Shown: positions 9,219 through 18,459, counted from the stretch's first letter. The stretch: 64,000 nt of DNA from an uncultured Actinomycetota bacterium (GCA_963732695.1 CAVTAP010000013.1:265611-329610), one strand, 5' to 3'. Translations and numbers: made by a program. The notes: generated by a model not told the origin, from the sequence alone.

Positions 9219-10502
9219 ATGGTGACGGCGGCTGACGATGTTCCCGGTGAGGCCCGTCGAACGGTGCTGGCCAACGCCCGCCTGGTCGACGGTGAGATGG
9301 TCGACCTGACGGTGGTGGGCGGCCGGATCGCGGCTGTGACGCCCGCCCAGCCCCAGCCGCCGCCGGCGGCGGACCCGGCCCGGGAGGATCGGGTGGACCT
9401 GCAGGGCTGGTTGCTGCTGCCGGCCATGGCCGAGCCCCACGCCCATCTCGACAAGGCCCTCACGGCCGAGATGGTGCCCAACCCCACCGGCGACCTGCTG
9501 GGCGCCATCGACGCCTGGGTGGCGGCCGCCGCCGCCGGCCGCTTCACCCACGAGGGCACGGTGGCCCGGGCCACCGCCGCCCTGGAGTTGCTGGCCGTCC
9601 ACGGCGTCACCGCCGTGCGCAGCCACGTGAACGTGACGGCCGACGTGGGGGCCCGCAGCGTGGTGGCCGTGCGGGAGGCGGCGGCCGCCTTCGAGGGCCT
9701 GATCGACGTCCAGCTCGTGGCCCTGTGCGGCACCCCACTCGTCGGCCCGGAGGGAACCGGCACCCGGGCCGCCCTGGCCGAGGCCCTGGCCGCCGGAGTG
9801 GACCTGGTGGGCGGCTGCCCCCACCTCGACGAGCACGGCGACGGGCCGGGCGTGATCAAGGTCTGCCTCGATGCCGCTCTGGAGGCCGGCCTGCCGGTCG
9901 ACCTGCACGTCGACGAGACCCTCGATCCCGGCACGCTCACCCTGCGGGACCTGGCCCGGGCCGTGATCGACCGGGGCTTCGAGCACCCGGTGACGGCCAG
10001 CCATTGCGTCAGCCTCGGTATGCAGCCACCCGACGTGCAGGCGGCGGTGGCGGCCGAGGTGGCGGCGGCCGGTATCTCGGTGGTGCCCCTGCCCCAGACC
10101 AACCTGTTCCTCCAGGGGCGGGGCCATCCGGCCGCCACCCCCCGGGGCCTCACCGCCATCGCCGCCCTGCGCCACGCCGGGGTGGTGGTGGCCGCCGGGG
10201 GCGACAACGTGCAGGACCCGTTCAACCTGGTCGGCCGGAGCGACCCGCTGGAGACGGCGTCGCTGCTGGTGATGGCGGCCCACCAGCTCCCCGACGACGC
10301 CTACGACCTGGTGTCGAACCAGGTGCGGCGGGCCCTGGGACTCGAGCCGGTCACGCTCGCCGTGGGCGACCCGGCCGATCTGGTGGCCATCGACGCCCCG
10401 TCGATCCGGGCCGCCATCGCCGACGCCCCCCGTTCCCGCCGGGTGTTCCGCCGGGGCCGACTCGTCGCCTCCTGCGACCAGCAGCTCCGCCTCCATCGCT
10501 GA
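9219..10502 (+). CDS. Metal-dependent amidohydrolase, cytosine-deaminase-like
   Basis: 427 aa. Metal-ligand blocks EPHAHLDKAL, DLHVDE and GGDNVQDPF are typical of the CodA-like amidohydrolase subfamily. Confidence 0.8.
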   Translation: MVTAADDVPGEARRTVLANARLVDGEMVDLTVVGGRIAAVTPAQPQPPPAADPAREDRVDLQGWLLLPAMAEPHAHLDKALTAEMVPNPTGDLLGAIDAWVAAAAAGRFTHEGTVARATAALELLAVHGVTAVRSHVNVTADVGARSVVAVREAAAAFEGLIDVQLVALCGTPLVGPEGTGTRAALAEALAAGVDLVGGCPHLDEHGDGPGVIKVCLDAALEAGLPVDLHVDETLDPGTLTLRDLARAVIDRGFEHPVTASHCVSLGMQPPDVQAAVAAEVAAAGISVVPLPQTNLFLQGRGHPAATPRGLTAIAALRHAGVVVAAGGDNVQDPFNLVGRSDPLETASLLVMAAHQLPDDAYDLVSNQVRRALGLEPVTLAVGDPADLVAIDAPSIRAAIADAPRSRRVFRRGRLVASCDQQLRLHR

Positions 10503-10578
10503 CCGGCCAGCTCGGCCGCCAGCTCGCCGGGCCGGCGGGACCGAGGTCCGTTGTGGAGCGTCGGCCTGACCTGCGACA

Positions 10579-11778
10579 ATGCCTCGCATGGCGGCAACGA
10601 TCGATGATGGGCGGGCCTACGGGCGCCAGCCCGGCACGTGGGACCCCCGGCTGGTGGAGACGGGCCCCGGCACCCCGTCGGGGGAGCTGCTCCGCCGCTA
10701 CTGGCACCCGGTGGCCCGCTCCAGCGAGGCCACCGCCGTGCCCCGCCAGGTCCGGCTGCTGGGGGAGGACCTCGTCCTGTACCGGTCGACCGACGGCACG
10801 CCCGGCCTCCTCACCCCCCGCTGCTGCCACCGGGGCACCACGCTCTACTTCGGCCGGGTGGAGGACAACGGGATCCGCTGCCCCTACCACGGCTGGCTGT
10901 TCGCCGCCGACGGCACCTGCCTCGACCAGCCCTGCGAGCCGGGCCGCACCACGGTGACGCTGCGGGAGCCCAACCGGTTCCGCCAGCCCTGGTACCCGGT
11001 GGTGGAGTACCACGGCCTGGTGTTCGCCTACCTCGGGCCGCCCGCCCGCCAGCCCGTCTTCCCCCGCTACGACATCTTCGAGGACCTGGGCGACGACGAG
11101 GAGATCGTGGTGATCGACCACTTCGCCTTCGGCGGCCCCACCGAGGCCCCCTGCAACTGGTTCCAGACGCACGAGAACGCCATGGACGCCTACCACGTGT
11201 TCATTCTCCACAACACGATCAGCGGCCCCCAGTTCGATCCCCGCCTGGAGATCTGGCCCCGGGTGAGCTGGGAGCGCCATCCCTGGGGGGTGTCGTCGGC
11301 CCAGGACCGTGACCTACCCGACGGCACCGTGCTGCACCGGGTGACCGAGGTGCGGGTGCCCACCATCCGGGTCATCCCCACCCCCACCCTCAGCGTGCTG
11401 GGCAAGACCAACAACATGAGCTGGGCCGTGCCCATCGACGACACCCACACCAAGGTGTACGCCCTCGTGCGCAAGCGGCGGAGCGAGCCGCCCCAGGGGC
11501 TCCCGGTGTACGGCGAGGGACGGAGCTGGTTCGATCTCAACGAGGAGGAACACCAGCGGTTCCCCGGCGACTACGAGACCCAGGTGGGCCAGGGCCCGAT
11601 CACGCTCCACACCGAGGAGCGGCTGGCCACCTCGGACCGGGGGGTGAGCCTGGTGCGCCGCCAGTTCCTGGAGCAGGTGGCGGTGGTGGAAGCCGGCGGC
11701 GACCCGGTGGGGGTGAGCTTCGAGCCCGACGCCCCACCGGTGTCGCTGATCGCCGGCAATTACATCGTGGCCGGTTGA
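10579..11778 (+). CDS. Rieske [2Fe-2S] non-heme-iron oxygenase, alpha subunit-like
   Basis: Rieske motif CCHRGTTL...CPYHGWLF, followed by a catalytic domain with NWFQTHENAMDAYHVFILH. Confidence 0.85.
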   Translation: MPRMAATIDDGRAYGRQPGTWDPRLVETGPGTPSGELLRRYWHPVARSSEATAVPRQVRLLGEDLVLYRSTDGTPGLLTPRCCHRGTTLYFGRVEDNGIRCPYHGWLFAADGTCLDQPCEPGRTTVTLREPNRFRQPWYPVVEYHGLVFAYLGPPARQPVFPRYDIFEDLGDDEEIVVIDHFAFGGPTEAPCNWFQTHENAMDAYHVFILHNTISGPQFDPRLEIWPRVSWERHPWGVSSAQDRDLPDGTVLHRVTEVRVPTIRVIPTPTLSVLGKTNNMSWAVPIDDTHTKVYALVRKRRSEPPQGLPVYGEGRSWFDLNEEEHQRFPGDYETQVGQGPITLHTEERLATSDRGVSLVRRQFLEQVAVVEAGGDPVGVSFEPDAPPVSLIAGNYIVAG

Positions 11779-11799
11779 TCGCCGGCGCTCACATCGTGG

Positions 11800-13032
11800 C
11801 TACTTGAAGCCGATGCTGGTGTCGATGAACTCGTTGGTGACGAGCTTGTCGGGGGTGATGTCGGCCGGGAAATCCATCTTCGCCGTGGTCAGGGCGTCGA
11901 TGACCTTCTGGACCCGGGCCGTGTCGAAGTTGCCGACGGTCTTGTCCGGGCCGTTTCCGGCCAGGCCCAGCTCCAGCTGCTTGTCGACCGAGAAGGTGGC
12001 CAGCTCGGCCGGGTAGGTCCAGAACGTGTCGTAGGTCTTCACCGTCTCGACGATCTTGGCGTTGGTGGCGGCCGGGTCACCGTAGTAGTCGACCGTGGCC
12101 TGCTGGATCACGGGCACGAGCTCGGTCAAGCAGGGGGTCAGCTCCTCCAGCCGGTCGGGGACGATGGCCAGCGTCTGCGAGTAGACCGGGAAGCCGGCGT
12201 CGTTCAGCAGCTGGAAGGCCAGATCCTTGCCGTACTCCGGCACCTGATTCTTGTAGATCCAGGGCTCGGCCGAGGCGAAGCCCTGCTGGGCGATGTCGAG
12301 CTTGGACACGAACCGGCTGGGGGAGCCGTCGTACGACGGGTCGATCTGGCTTTCCTTCCAGATGCCCTGGGCCACGAACACGTCGGCGAAGGTGCCGCCG
12401 CCGAAGACGTTGATCGTGATGTCCTTCTTGCCGAGGTCGGCCAGCGACTTCACGTCGGGGTAGGTCGTGGGGTCCCAGTAGATGATCTGGGGGTTCAGCT
12501 CCAGCGGGGCCATGACCGACAGCAGGGGGGTCTTGTCGGCAGTCAGGATCTGGCCGTCGGTGGTGGCGTAGCCCAGCGTGACAGCGTCGTCGCTGTACAT
12601 CACCGACTCTACGTTGCCGTCGCCGATGGCGGGGCCGCCGGCCCGGATCTCGATGTCGACGCCGGTGTCCTTGCCACCGGCGGTGAGCGAGCCGGTGACC
12701 ACCTTCTGCCCGGCGTCGATCTTGTAGTCGTCACCCAGCAGCTGGTAGAGGGCGCCGTGCTCGGCCTCCGGGAACCAGTCGGTCTGGACGACGATGGTGG
12801 CGGGGCACGCCTTCGACAGGTCGACCGCCGCCCCCGCCGCCTCGGAGCTGGCGGTGGACGCCTCGGTGGTGCTGCCGGCCGTGGTGGTGGCCGAGCTGCC
12901 TTCGGTGGTGGCCGATCCCGAGTCGGTGGTGGCCGTCTCGGCGTCGTCGCTGCCGCACGCCGCAGCGGCCAGGCCCAGTGTCAACAGCAGGGCCGCGGCC
13001 CGTGTCCGGTTGCTTGCTCTCATAGGTGTCAA
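11800..13032 (-). CDS. ABC transporter substrate-binding lipoprotein (NMT1/THI5-like, NitT/TauT family)
   Basis: Signal peptide plus lipobox LGLAAAACGSDD, an S/T-rich linker, then a periplasmic-binding fold. Last gene of the ATPase-permease-SBP operon. Confidence 0.85.
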   Translation of the reverse strand: MTPMRASNRTRAAALLLTLGLAAAACGSDDAETATTDSGSATTEGSSATTTAGSTTEASTASSEAAGAAVDLSKACPATIVVQTDWFPEAEHGALYQLLGDDYKIDAGQKVVTGSLTAGGKDTGVDIEIRAGGPAIGDGNVESVMYSDDAVTLGYATTDGQILTADKTPLLSVMAPLELNPQIIYWDPTTYPDVKSLADLGKKDITINVFGGGTFADVFVAQGIWKESQIDPSYDGSPSRFVSKLDIAQQGFASAEPWIYKNQVPEYGKDLAFQLLNDAGFPVYSQTLAIVPDRLEELTPCLTELVPVIQQATVDYYGDPAATNAKIVETVKTYDTFWTYPAELATFSVDKQLELGLAGNGPDKTVGNFDTARVQKVIDALTTAKMDFPADITPDKLVTNEFIDTSIGFK

Positions 13033-13102
13033 TCTCTCCCTTGATGATGGACGGTGCTCTCGGGGCGCGGCGGCACCCCGGGATCATTCGGCTGAGGGCC
13101 GC

Positions 13103-14002
13103 TCAGCGGCCGCCGCCTCCGGCGGAGTCGTACCACTTGCCGATCGCTCGGTTCTGGAGCCAGCCGAAGAGCAGGAACACACTGATGCCGAGCAGCGACG
13201 ACATGATCACCGACGCCAGGAGTTGCTCGCCCGAGAGGTCGTTGGCGAACTTCCTCAGCAGCTGGCCGATGCCCTTGTCGCCCTTGCCGAAGAAGAAGTC
13301 GCCCACGATGGCGCCGATCACCGACAGGCCGGCCGAGATGCGCAGGCCGGCGAAGACGGCGGGGAGGGCCGAGGGGAACATCAGCTTGCGGAGTCGGGTG
13401 GCCCGGCTGGCGTTGTGCAGGGTGAAGAGGTCGTGCATGCCCTTCTCGGCCGACGACAGCCCGAACAGTGTGTTCACGAGGATGGGGAACACTGCGATGA
13501 TGATGCACACCATCACCCGGGCTGTCTGGCCGGTGCCCCACCAGAACTGGATCAGGGGCACCAGGGCCAGGATGGGGATGGCCTGCAGGGTCACCATGAA
13601 CGGGAACAGGGCCCGCTCCACCACCTTGGCCTGGCTCATCACGATGGCCAGGGCGAACCCGATGATGATGGACAGGACGAGGCCGATCAAGGCCACCTTG
13701 GTGCTCGACCACAGTGCCTGGAGGATCTCGGAGAACGAATTCCAGTCGAAGAAGCCCTCGGTGAGCACCCGGTGGGGCGGCTCCAGCAGGAACCGTTTAC
13801 GGGGCGACAGCACGCCGTAGCTGATGAAGTACCAGACGCCGAGCAGCACGGCACCCAGCGCCACCGGAGGCAGCACGGTGGTGGCGAACCAGCGGGAGCG
13901 GCTGATGCCGGGGGCGGCCCGGGGGGCGTCGGGGGGGAGTTGGCCCAGCTCGGCGGCCACGTCGGCCGCGGCGGTGCTGGACAGCTGGTCGACGTCGGTC
14001 AC
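13103..14002 (-). CDS. ABC transporter permease (NitT/TauT family)
   Basis: Multi-TM protein. GTG start at 14002 overlaps the ATPase stop (GTGA). The rest of ORF 13103..14494 is out-of-frame ATPase sequence. Confidence 0.85.
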   Translation of the reverse strand: MTDVDQLSSTAAADVAAELGQLPPDAPRAAPGISRSRWFATTVLPPVALGAVLLGVWYFISYGVLSPRKRFLLEPPHRVLTEGFFDWNSFSEILQALWSSTKVALIGLVLSIIIGFALAIVMSQAKVVERALFPFMVTLQAIPILALVPLIQFWWGTGQTARVMVCIIIAVFPILVNTLFGLSSAEKGMHDLFTLHNASRATRLRKLMFPSALPAVFAGLRISAGLSVIGAIVGDFFFGKGDKGIGQLLRKFANDLSGEQLLASVIMSSLLGISVFLLFGWLQNRAIGKWYDSAGGGGR

Positions 14003-14730
14003 TGGTGCGCTCCTCGCAGTGCGTGCGACACCTCGCCGCTGAGTTTGGCGAACTCGGGATCGAAGCGGAGGTCGGGCACCCGGGGGTAGGCGAACGGGAC
14101 CTGGAACTCGGCCACGATCCGCCCCGGCCGGGCCGACATGACCAGCACCTTGGTGCTCATGAACACCGCCTCGGGTATGGAGTGGGTGATGAACAGCCCG
14201 GCGAACCCCTCGGCCTGGAACAGCTGTTGGGTCTCGTCGTTCAGGTGCTCCCGGGTGATCTCGTCCACCGCCCCGAAGGGCTCGTCGAACAGGAACACGG
14301 GGGGCTTGAGGGTGAGGGTGCGGGCCAGCGAAGCCCGCATCTTCATGCCGCCCGACAGCGACCGGGGGTAGTGGTTCTCGAACCCGCCCAGGCCCACGGT
14401 GGCGATGGCGTCGCGGGCCAGTTGCTGGCGCTCGGCCTTGCCGATGCCGTGCAGCTCGGCCAGGAGCTCCACGTTCTGGCGGACGGTGCGCCACGGCAGC
14501 AGGGTGGCGTCCTGGAAGACGTAACCCAGGTTCTGGCGGTCCACCACGATGCGTCCCGAGGTGGGCTCCAGCAGGCCGGAGGCGATCTTGAGGAGGGTCG
14601 ACTTCCCGCAGCCCGACGGGCCGACGATCGTGACGAACTCACCCCGATCGATGTCGAGAGTCACCTCGTCGACGGCACGTGTGCCGTCGGGGAACACCAT
14701 GCCGACCCGGTCGAAGGCGAGCGCAGTCAT
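13999..14730 (-). CDS. ABC transporter ATP-binding protein (NitT/TauT family)
   Basis: Walker A GPSGCGKST, signature LSGGMKMR, Walker B FLFDEP. Confidence 0.9.
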   Translation of the reverse strand: MTALAFDRVGMVFPDGTRAVDEVTLDIDRGEFVTIVGPSGCGKSTLLKIASGLLEPTSGRIVVDRQNLGYVFQDATLLPWRTVRQNVELLAELHGIGKAERQQLARDAIATVGLGGFENHYPRSLSGGMKMRASLARTLTLKPPVFLFDEPFGAVDEITREHLNDETQQLFQAEGFAGLFITHSIPEAVFMSTKVLVMSARPGRIVAEFQVPFAYPRVPDLRFDPEFAKLSGEVSHALRGAHQ

Positions 14731-14898
14731 CGAATGTCACCTCCCGCTACCGCAGCCAGCGACAACGAACTGTACCTTGCCACCCTCCGTGATCTCACGT
14801 TGGCGAGGGCTCGCACGACGAGTGTTCTTCCGCCTGTGACACATTCTTAACAGATTGGGTGGTGGCGTCGCTCCCCGAGTCGGGCCAGCCTGGGGGGC

Positions 14899-15384
14899 AT
14901 GGCAGCCGGCGGTGGCGACGTGGTGGTGCAGGTGCATCCGTTGGAGGACAGCTACAGCGCCGCGCTCCGGGGGGCGGTGCTGGGGGCGCTGGGCCCCGCC
15001 GATACCCCCTGCTACCGCCTCTGCCAGGGAGAACGCCCGCAGCGGGGCGTGCTCCAGGCCGCCGAGCGCATCGTTCTGGTCTATCCGACGTGGAGCGGCG
15101 GCCTGCCGTCGCACCTGCTCGGGTGGCTCCACGAGCTGTTCGACCAGGGCGTACGGCTGGGCCGGACCACCGAACTGGTGGCGGTGACGACGTGCGGATC
15201 GTCGCAGTTCGTGAACCGGGTGCAGGGGGAGTGGGGTCGACGGTACCTCCGCACCGAGTTGCTGGGGCGTTGCGCTCCCGGGGCCCGGTTCCGCTGGCTG
15301 TGCCTCTACAAGGTCGACCGCCGGAGCCGGGATGAGATGTCGGCCCACCTCGATCGGGTGGCCCAGGCGTTCGCCCGGCCCTGA
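14899..15384 (+). CDS. Flavodoxin-like fold NAD(P)H dehydrogenase (quinone) family protein
   Basis: VLVYPTWSGGLPSHLLGWLHELF block typical of the Flavodoxin_2 family. The exact start is uncertain. Confidence 0.65.
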   Translation: MAAGGGDVVVQVHPLEDSYSAALRGAVLGALGPADTPCYRLCQGERPQRGVLQAAERIVLVYPTWSGGLPSHLLGWLHELFDQGVRLGRTTELVAVTTCGSSQFVNRVQGEWGRRYLRTELLGRCAPGARFRWLCLYKVDRRSRDEMSAHLDRVAQAFARP

Positions 15385-15402
15385 TCCCTCCTCCTCACCC
15401 CC

Positions 15403-15539
15403 CGAACTGCGCGACCGCTGACCCCGAACTGCGCGACGGAAACCGCGCCCCGCCGGCGAACTGCGTCACGAAACCACCGAAAACCGGCGAAAAAGTGGCG
15501 CAGGTTGCTCGTGAGGCGCGGTTTCCGTCGCGCAGTTCG
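15403..15539. repeat. Array of a 13-mer (cgaactgcgYSac: three direct copies, one inverted), including a 25-bp perfect inverted repeat
   Basis: Direct copies at 15403-15415, 15425-15437 and 15457-15469; inverted copy at 15527-15539. 15425-15449 (cgaactgcgcgacggaaaccgcgcc) is the exact reverse complement of 15515-15539. Confidence 0.9.
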
Positions 15540-15547
15540 CAGGGGCG

Positions 15548-15579
15548 GATGGCCGGATGGCCGGATGGCCGGACGGCCG
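15548..15579. repeat. Tandem octamer gatggccg x4 (last copy gacggccg)
   Basis: Read directly, 14 nt from the stop of the minus-strand gene 15594..16175. Confidence 0.85.
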
Positions 15580-15593
15580 GTGTCGGGCGAGGC

Positions 15594-16175
15594 TCAGCGG
15601 GTGGACCAGCGGCTGATCTGACGGCGGGCCCGATCGGTGCCGGTGGGCAGGGTCACGTAGCGGGACCGGCAGGTCCGGTTCGAGCTGAGCCAGAACGACC
15701 GGGCCAGGCAGGGGCCGAAGGCGTTGCGTCGCCCCGGGTCCTGGCGCCACCGGGTGAGGGGCGCCGGGGCCGGCTGGTCGTCGGTGACGCCGAGCACGAG
15801 GGCGTGGTGCAGGTGATCGAGGGCGCCGGTGATCCGTCCCGACGGGGCGAAGCGGAAGGCCAGGCCGAGCACGAACACCCGCTCCTGCCAGCTCTTGACC
15901 CGGGCCGGGGCGGTGCCGTGAACGACCGGGTAGCAGATCACGACGGCCTCGGCCGCCAGCACGGCGTCGGCCGCGGCCCGGGCCTCTCGTGTGATCAGGG
16001 GCTCGTCGGTGTGGTAGGCCTCCCGCTCGGCCGCCGTCATGCAGGCGTCGAACCCGCCCCCGGCCAGTGAGAACGGGTGCACCTGCTGGCCCCCATCGCG
16101 AAGCCAGCCGGTCACCTGGCCGATGCGGGCCTCGCCCTGCCCGACCTCGAAACCGTCGACCACCAGCACACGCAT
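15594..16175 (-). CDS. Flavodoxin-like fold NAD(P)H dehydrogenase (quinone) family protein (divergent paralogue of 14899..15384)
   Basis: MRVLVVDGF... and VVICYPVVHGTAPARVKSWQERVF blocks. 193 aa. Confidence 0.65.
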   Translation of the reverse strand: MRVLVVDGFEVGQGEARIGQVTGWLRDGGQQVHPFSLAGGGFDACMTAAEREAYHTDEPLITREARAAADAVLAAEAVVICYPVVHGTAPARVKSWQERVFVLGLAFRFAPSGRITGALDHLHHALVLGVTDDQPAPAPLTRWRQDPGRRNAFGPCLARSFWLSSNRTCRSRYVTLPTGTDRARRQISRWSTR

Positions 16176-16214
16176 TCGGCGAGGCTACTGCGGGCGGTGG
16201 GTGGAGATCCCTCC

Positions 16215-16264
16215 GCCGAAAAGCAGAGGTGGGCGTCGGGCCCGACCCAGGCCCGACGCCCACC
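16215..16264 (-). terminator. Intrinsic terminator candidate
   Basis: 14-bp perfect stem (16228-16241 / 16251-16264) with a 9-nt loop. On the minus strand it is followed by cugcuuuucgg. Sits 55 nt downstream of the stop of gene 16319..16606. Confidence 0.7.
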
Positions 16265-16318
16265 AGTTTCGCGCCTCTCGCTCCCCGAAAGGCGGCGACC
16301 TTGTGTGCTGTTCTGTTG

Positions 16319-16606
16319 TTAGTGATGCTCGGGGGTGTTGTGCAGGTGGTCGGCGATGGCCGAGCCGGCGGCGATCAGGCCGAAGCCCCCACCGAGCCAG
16401 AAGGTGCAGAACAGGGCCATGCCGAGGCGGCCGGCCAGCGGAACACCGTCGATCGTGGTGGACACGAAGAAGGAGAAGGCGAACAGGACCACGCAGGCGG
16501 ACACGAGGGCCGTGGCGCCCCGGCGGGTCAGTGAGATCGCACGGGCCGGTTTGGCAGCGGTAGTGGTGGTTCTGGGAGCGACTGCGGTTGCCATGGACAC
16601 GATCAT
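16319..16606 (-). CDS. Small membrane protein (two predicted TM helices), hypothetical
   Basis: 95 aa with hydrophobic stretches ALVSACVVLFAFSFFV and MALFCTFWLGGGFGLIAAG. Lies downstream of hsp20 on the same strand. Confidence 0.55.
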   Translation of the reverse strand: MIVSMATAVAPRTTTTAAKPARAISLTRRGATALVSACVVLFAFSFFVSTTIDGVPLAGRLGMALFCTFWLGGGFGLIAAGSAIADHLHNTPEHH

Positions 16607-16643
16607 CGTTTGGCCGCCTGGGCCGTAGTAGGGACCATGGTCC

Positions 16644-17195
16644 CTATTCCGGCCGCCTGACCGGGATCGACACCGAGTCGGCCCGCTCGGGCCGGCGGAT
16701 GCGGATCTCGAGCACGCCGGCGTCGTAGCTGGCGGTCACGTCGTCGGCCGTGGCACCCGACGGCAGGCGGACCCGGCGTCGGAACGTGCCGTAGCTGAAC
16801 TCGGAGTGGTACACCTCGCCCCGGGTCTCGGACCGGCGTTCCCGGGTGGCGGCGATCGTGAGGATGTCGCCCTCCACATCCACCGAGATGTCGGTGTCGG
16901 GGTCGATGCCGGGGATCTCGGCCCGGATGACGTGCGTGCGCTCGTCTTCCTCGTACTCCTCGATCCGGAACGTCTCCGTGCCGGCGCCGGGCGGGGCGGG
17001 GACGGGGAAGCGGGTGGGGAACAGATCGTCCCAGTGTCCGAGCCAGTTCGTGGTGGTCAGCCAGTTGGGGCCGAACCATTCCGGCCCGAGCCGGCGGAGG
17101 GGGAACCGGGCGAACGGCTCGAAGGCGGGCGGGGACGGGCGGTCCTCGCCTTCCTCGGGTCGCTTGCGAGGTTCGCGGTGGGGCTTGGGGCTCAT
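16644..17195 (-). CDS. Hsp20/alpha-crystallin family small heat-shock protein
   Basis: The alpha-crystallin domain reads FRIEEYEEDERTHVIRAEIPGIDPDTDISVDVEGDILTIAA...GVLEIRI. Confidence 0.9.
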   Translation of the reverse strand: MSPKPHREPRKRPEEGEDRPSPPAFEPFARFPLRRLGPEWFGPNWLTTTNWLGHWDDLFPTRFPVPAPPGAGTETFRIEEYEEDERTHVIRAEIPGIDPDTDISVDVEGDILTIAATRERRSETRGEVYHSEFSYGTFRRRVRLPSGATADDVTASYDAGVLEIRIRRPERADSVSIPVRRPE

Positions 17196-17326
17196 GGTCG
17201 TGACCTCCTTCCGTGTGCTTCACGAGGACGGTGAGCCACACTTCGATCACACTCCTCGGAGGGGTTCGGGGCCAGTGCCCAAGGTCCCGGGGCGCGTGTG
17301 CGGGGTCGTCGTGGCAGGATGATGCG

Positions 17327-18445
17327 ATGGAGACAACCCTGGGGCGGGCACCGGAGGTGGTGCGGGTCGAGGCGGTCGATCTCGACGACGACGAGGCGCG
17401 GATACGGCTGGGCGTGGAGATCGCCGCGCTGGCCAATTCGGGCGGTGGCCGGTTGGCGGTGGGAATCGGCGCCGCCGACGGTCCCCGATGGAGCGGGCCG
17501 GAGCTGGCGGCCCTGCTCGACCCGCTGATCGCACCCGACCGACTCGATCTCGATGTGACGGTGGCCCCGGTGGAGCTGCCCCCGGGGCGGGCGGTGGTGG
17601 AGATCGACGTGCCCCGGTGCGACGATCCGCCCCTGGTGGTGACCGATGGTGGCCCCCACGGGCCCCACGCCGTGGTGGTCCGGCGCAACGGCCGGGTGGA
17701 GCCGGCCCGGCGGGTCGATCACCTCCGCTGGCGCCAGGAGCTGCGCTACCGGCTCCTGCAGCAGTTCCAGATGCTGGTGGAAGCACCCGAATCGGCCCTG
17801 GTCCGGGTGGTCGGCGGCGACGAGGTGCGCGACGAGCCCAGCTTCCTGCTGTCCCGGGCGGTCGACCTGTTCCGTCAGCGGCCGGAGAAGCTGCTCGACG
17901 GCGACGACCTGCTCTACCTGTTCCAGCACCGCCACACGATCGACCTCACCGCCGCCGGCGGGCTGGTGGGTGAGCTGCTGGTCCACAGTGCCCTGCGCCG
18001 CCGGGCCACCCTGTTCTTCTGGCTGGCCTTCGCCCAGCTCGACGGGCCGGCGGTCTACCGCCTGTTGCGCGAGGCGCTGGCCATGACCGACCGCGACAAG
18101 TCCGACATGGGCACGGTCCTGCCGCTGGTGGCGGCCCTCTACCTGGGAGAGGACGACTACCACACCCTGATCGCCGAGATGGGGGCGTCACGCTACGCCC
18201 ACCTGGCCAGCGCCGCCCAGGAGCTGCCCACCTGGGCCAGCGCCCGCCAGGCGGTGGAGGAGCGCCGCCGGGGCGAGCTCGACGGCCGGCCTCTGGCCCG
18301 CCTGGGCGACGACGAGCTCATCGAGCGGGCGGCCGAGCTGGCCACCCCGGGCTCGGGTACCCGGGCCAGCCGGCGGATGCCGCTGCTGGGCATGGAGTAC
18401 CTGGCCCGTCGCCTCGACGATCGGGCCCGGGCCTCCAGCGCCTGA
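17327..18445 (+). CDS. AlbA_2 (Schlafen-like, divergent-AAA) domain protein with an uncharacterised helical C-terminal half
   Basis: 372 aa from ATG 17327. IAALANSGGGRLAVGIG, VVEIDVPRCDDPPLVV and VVVRRNGRVEPA match the AlbA_2 pattern. I recognise no family for the C-terminal 230 aa. Confidence 0.55.
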   Translation: METTLGRAPEVVRVEAVDLDDDEARIRLGVEIAALANSGGGRLAVGIGAADGPRWSGPELAALLDPLIAPDRLDLDVTVAPVELPPGRAVVEIDVPRCDDPPLVVTDGGPHGPHAVVVRRNGRVEPARRVDHLRWRQELRYRLLQQFQMLVEAPESALVRVVGGDEVRDEPSFLLSRAVDLFRQRPEKLLDGDDLLYLFQHRHTIDLTAAGGLVGELLVHSALRRRATLFFWLAFAQLDGPAVYRLLREALAMTDRDKSDMGTVLPLVAALYLGEDDYHTLIAEMGASRYAHLASAAQELPTWASARQAVEERRRGELDGRPLARLGDDELIERAAELATPGSGTRASRRMPLLGMEYLARRLDDRARASSA

Positions 18446-18459
18446 GCCCCGGGCTCCCG

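Noticed and set aside
14731-14870. TPP (THI-box) riboswitch upstream of the ABC importer. I considered it because the binding protein is NMT1/THI5-like and the leader contains gugagau.
   Set aside because: The conserved CUGAGA...ACCUGAUC(U/C)GG(A/U)UAAURCC core and pairing pattern are absent. I recognised no other riboswitch consensus.
15425-15539. MITE or IS remnant defined by the 25-bp perfect inverted repeat.
   Set aside because: There is no transposase, no obvious target-site duplication and no second copy in the 64 kb. I kept it as an unexplained repeat rather than calling it a mobile element.
17196-17326. Heat-shock operator (CIRCE or HAIR) upstream of hsp20; an imperfect inverted repeat gtgtgcttcac...gtgagccacac is present.
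   Set aside because: It matches neither the CIRCE (TTAGCACTC-N9-GAGTGCTAA) nor the HAIR (CTTGAGT-N7-ACTCAAG) consensus closely enough.
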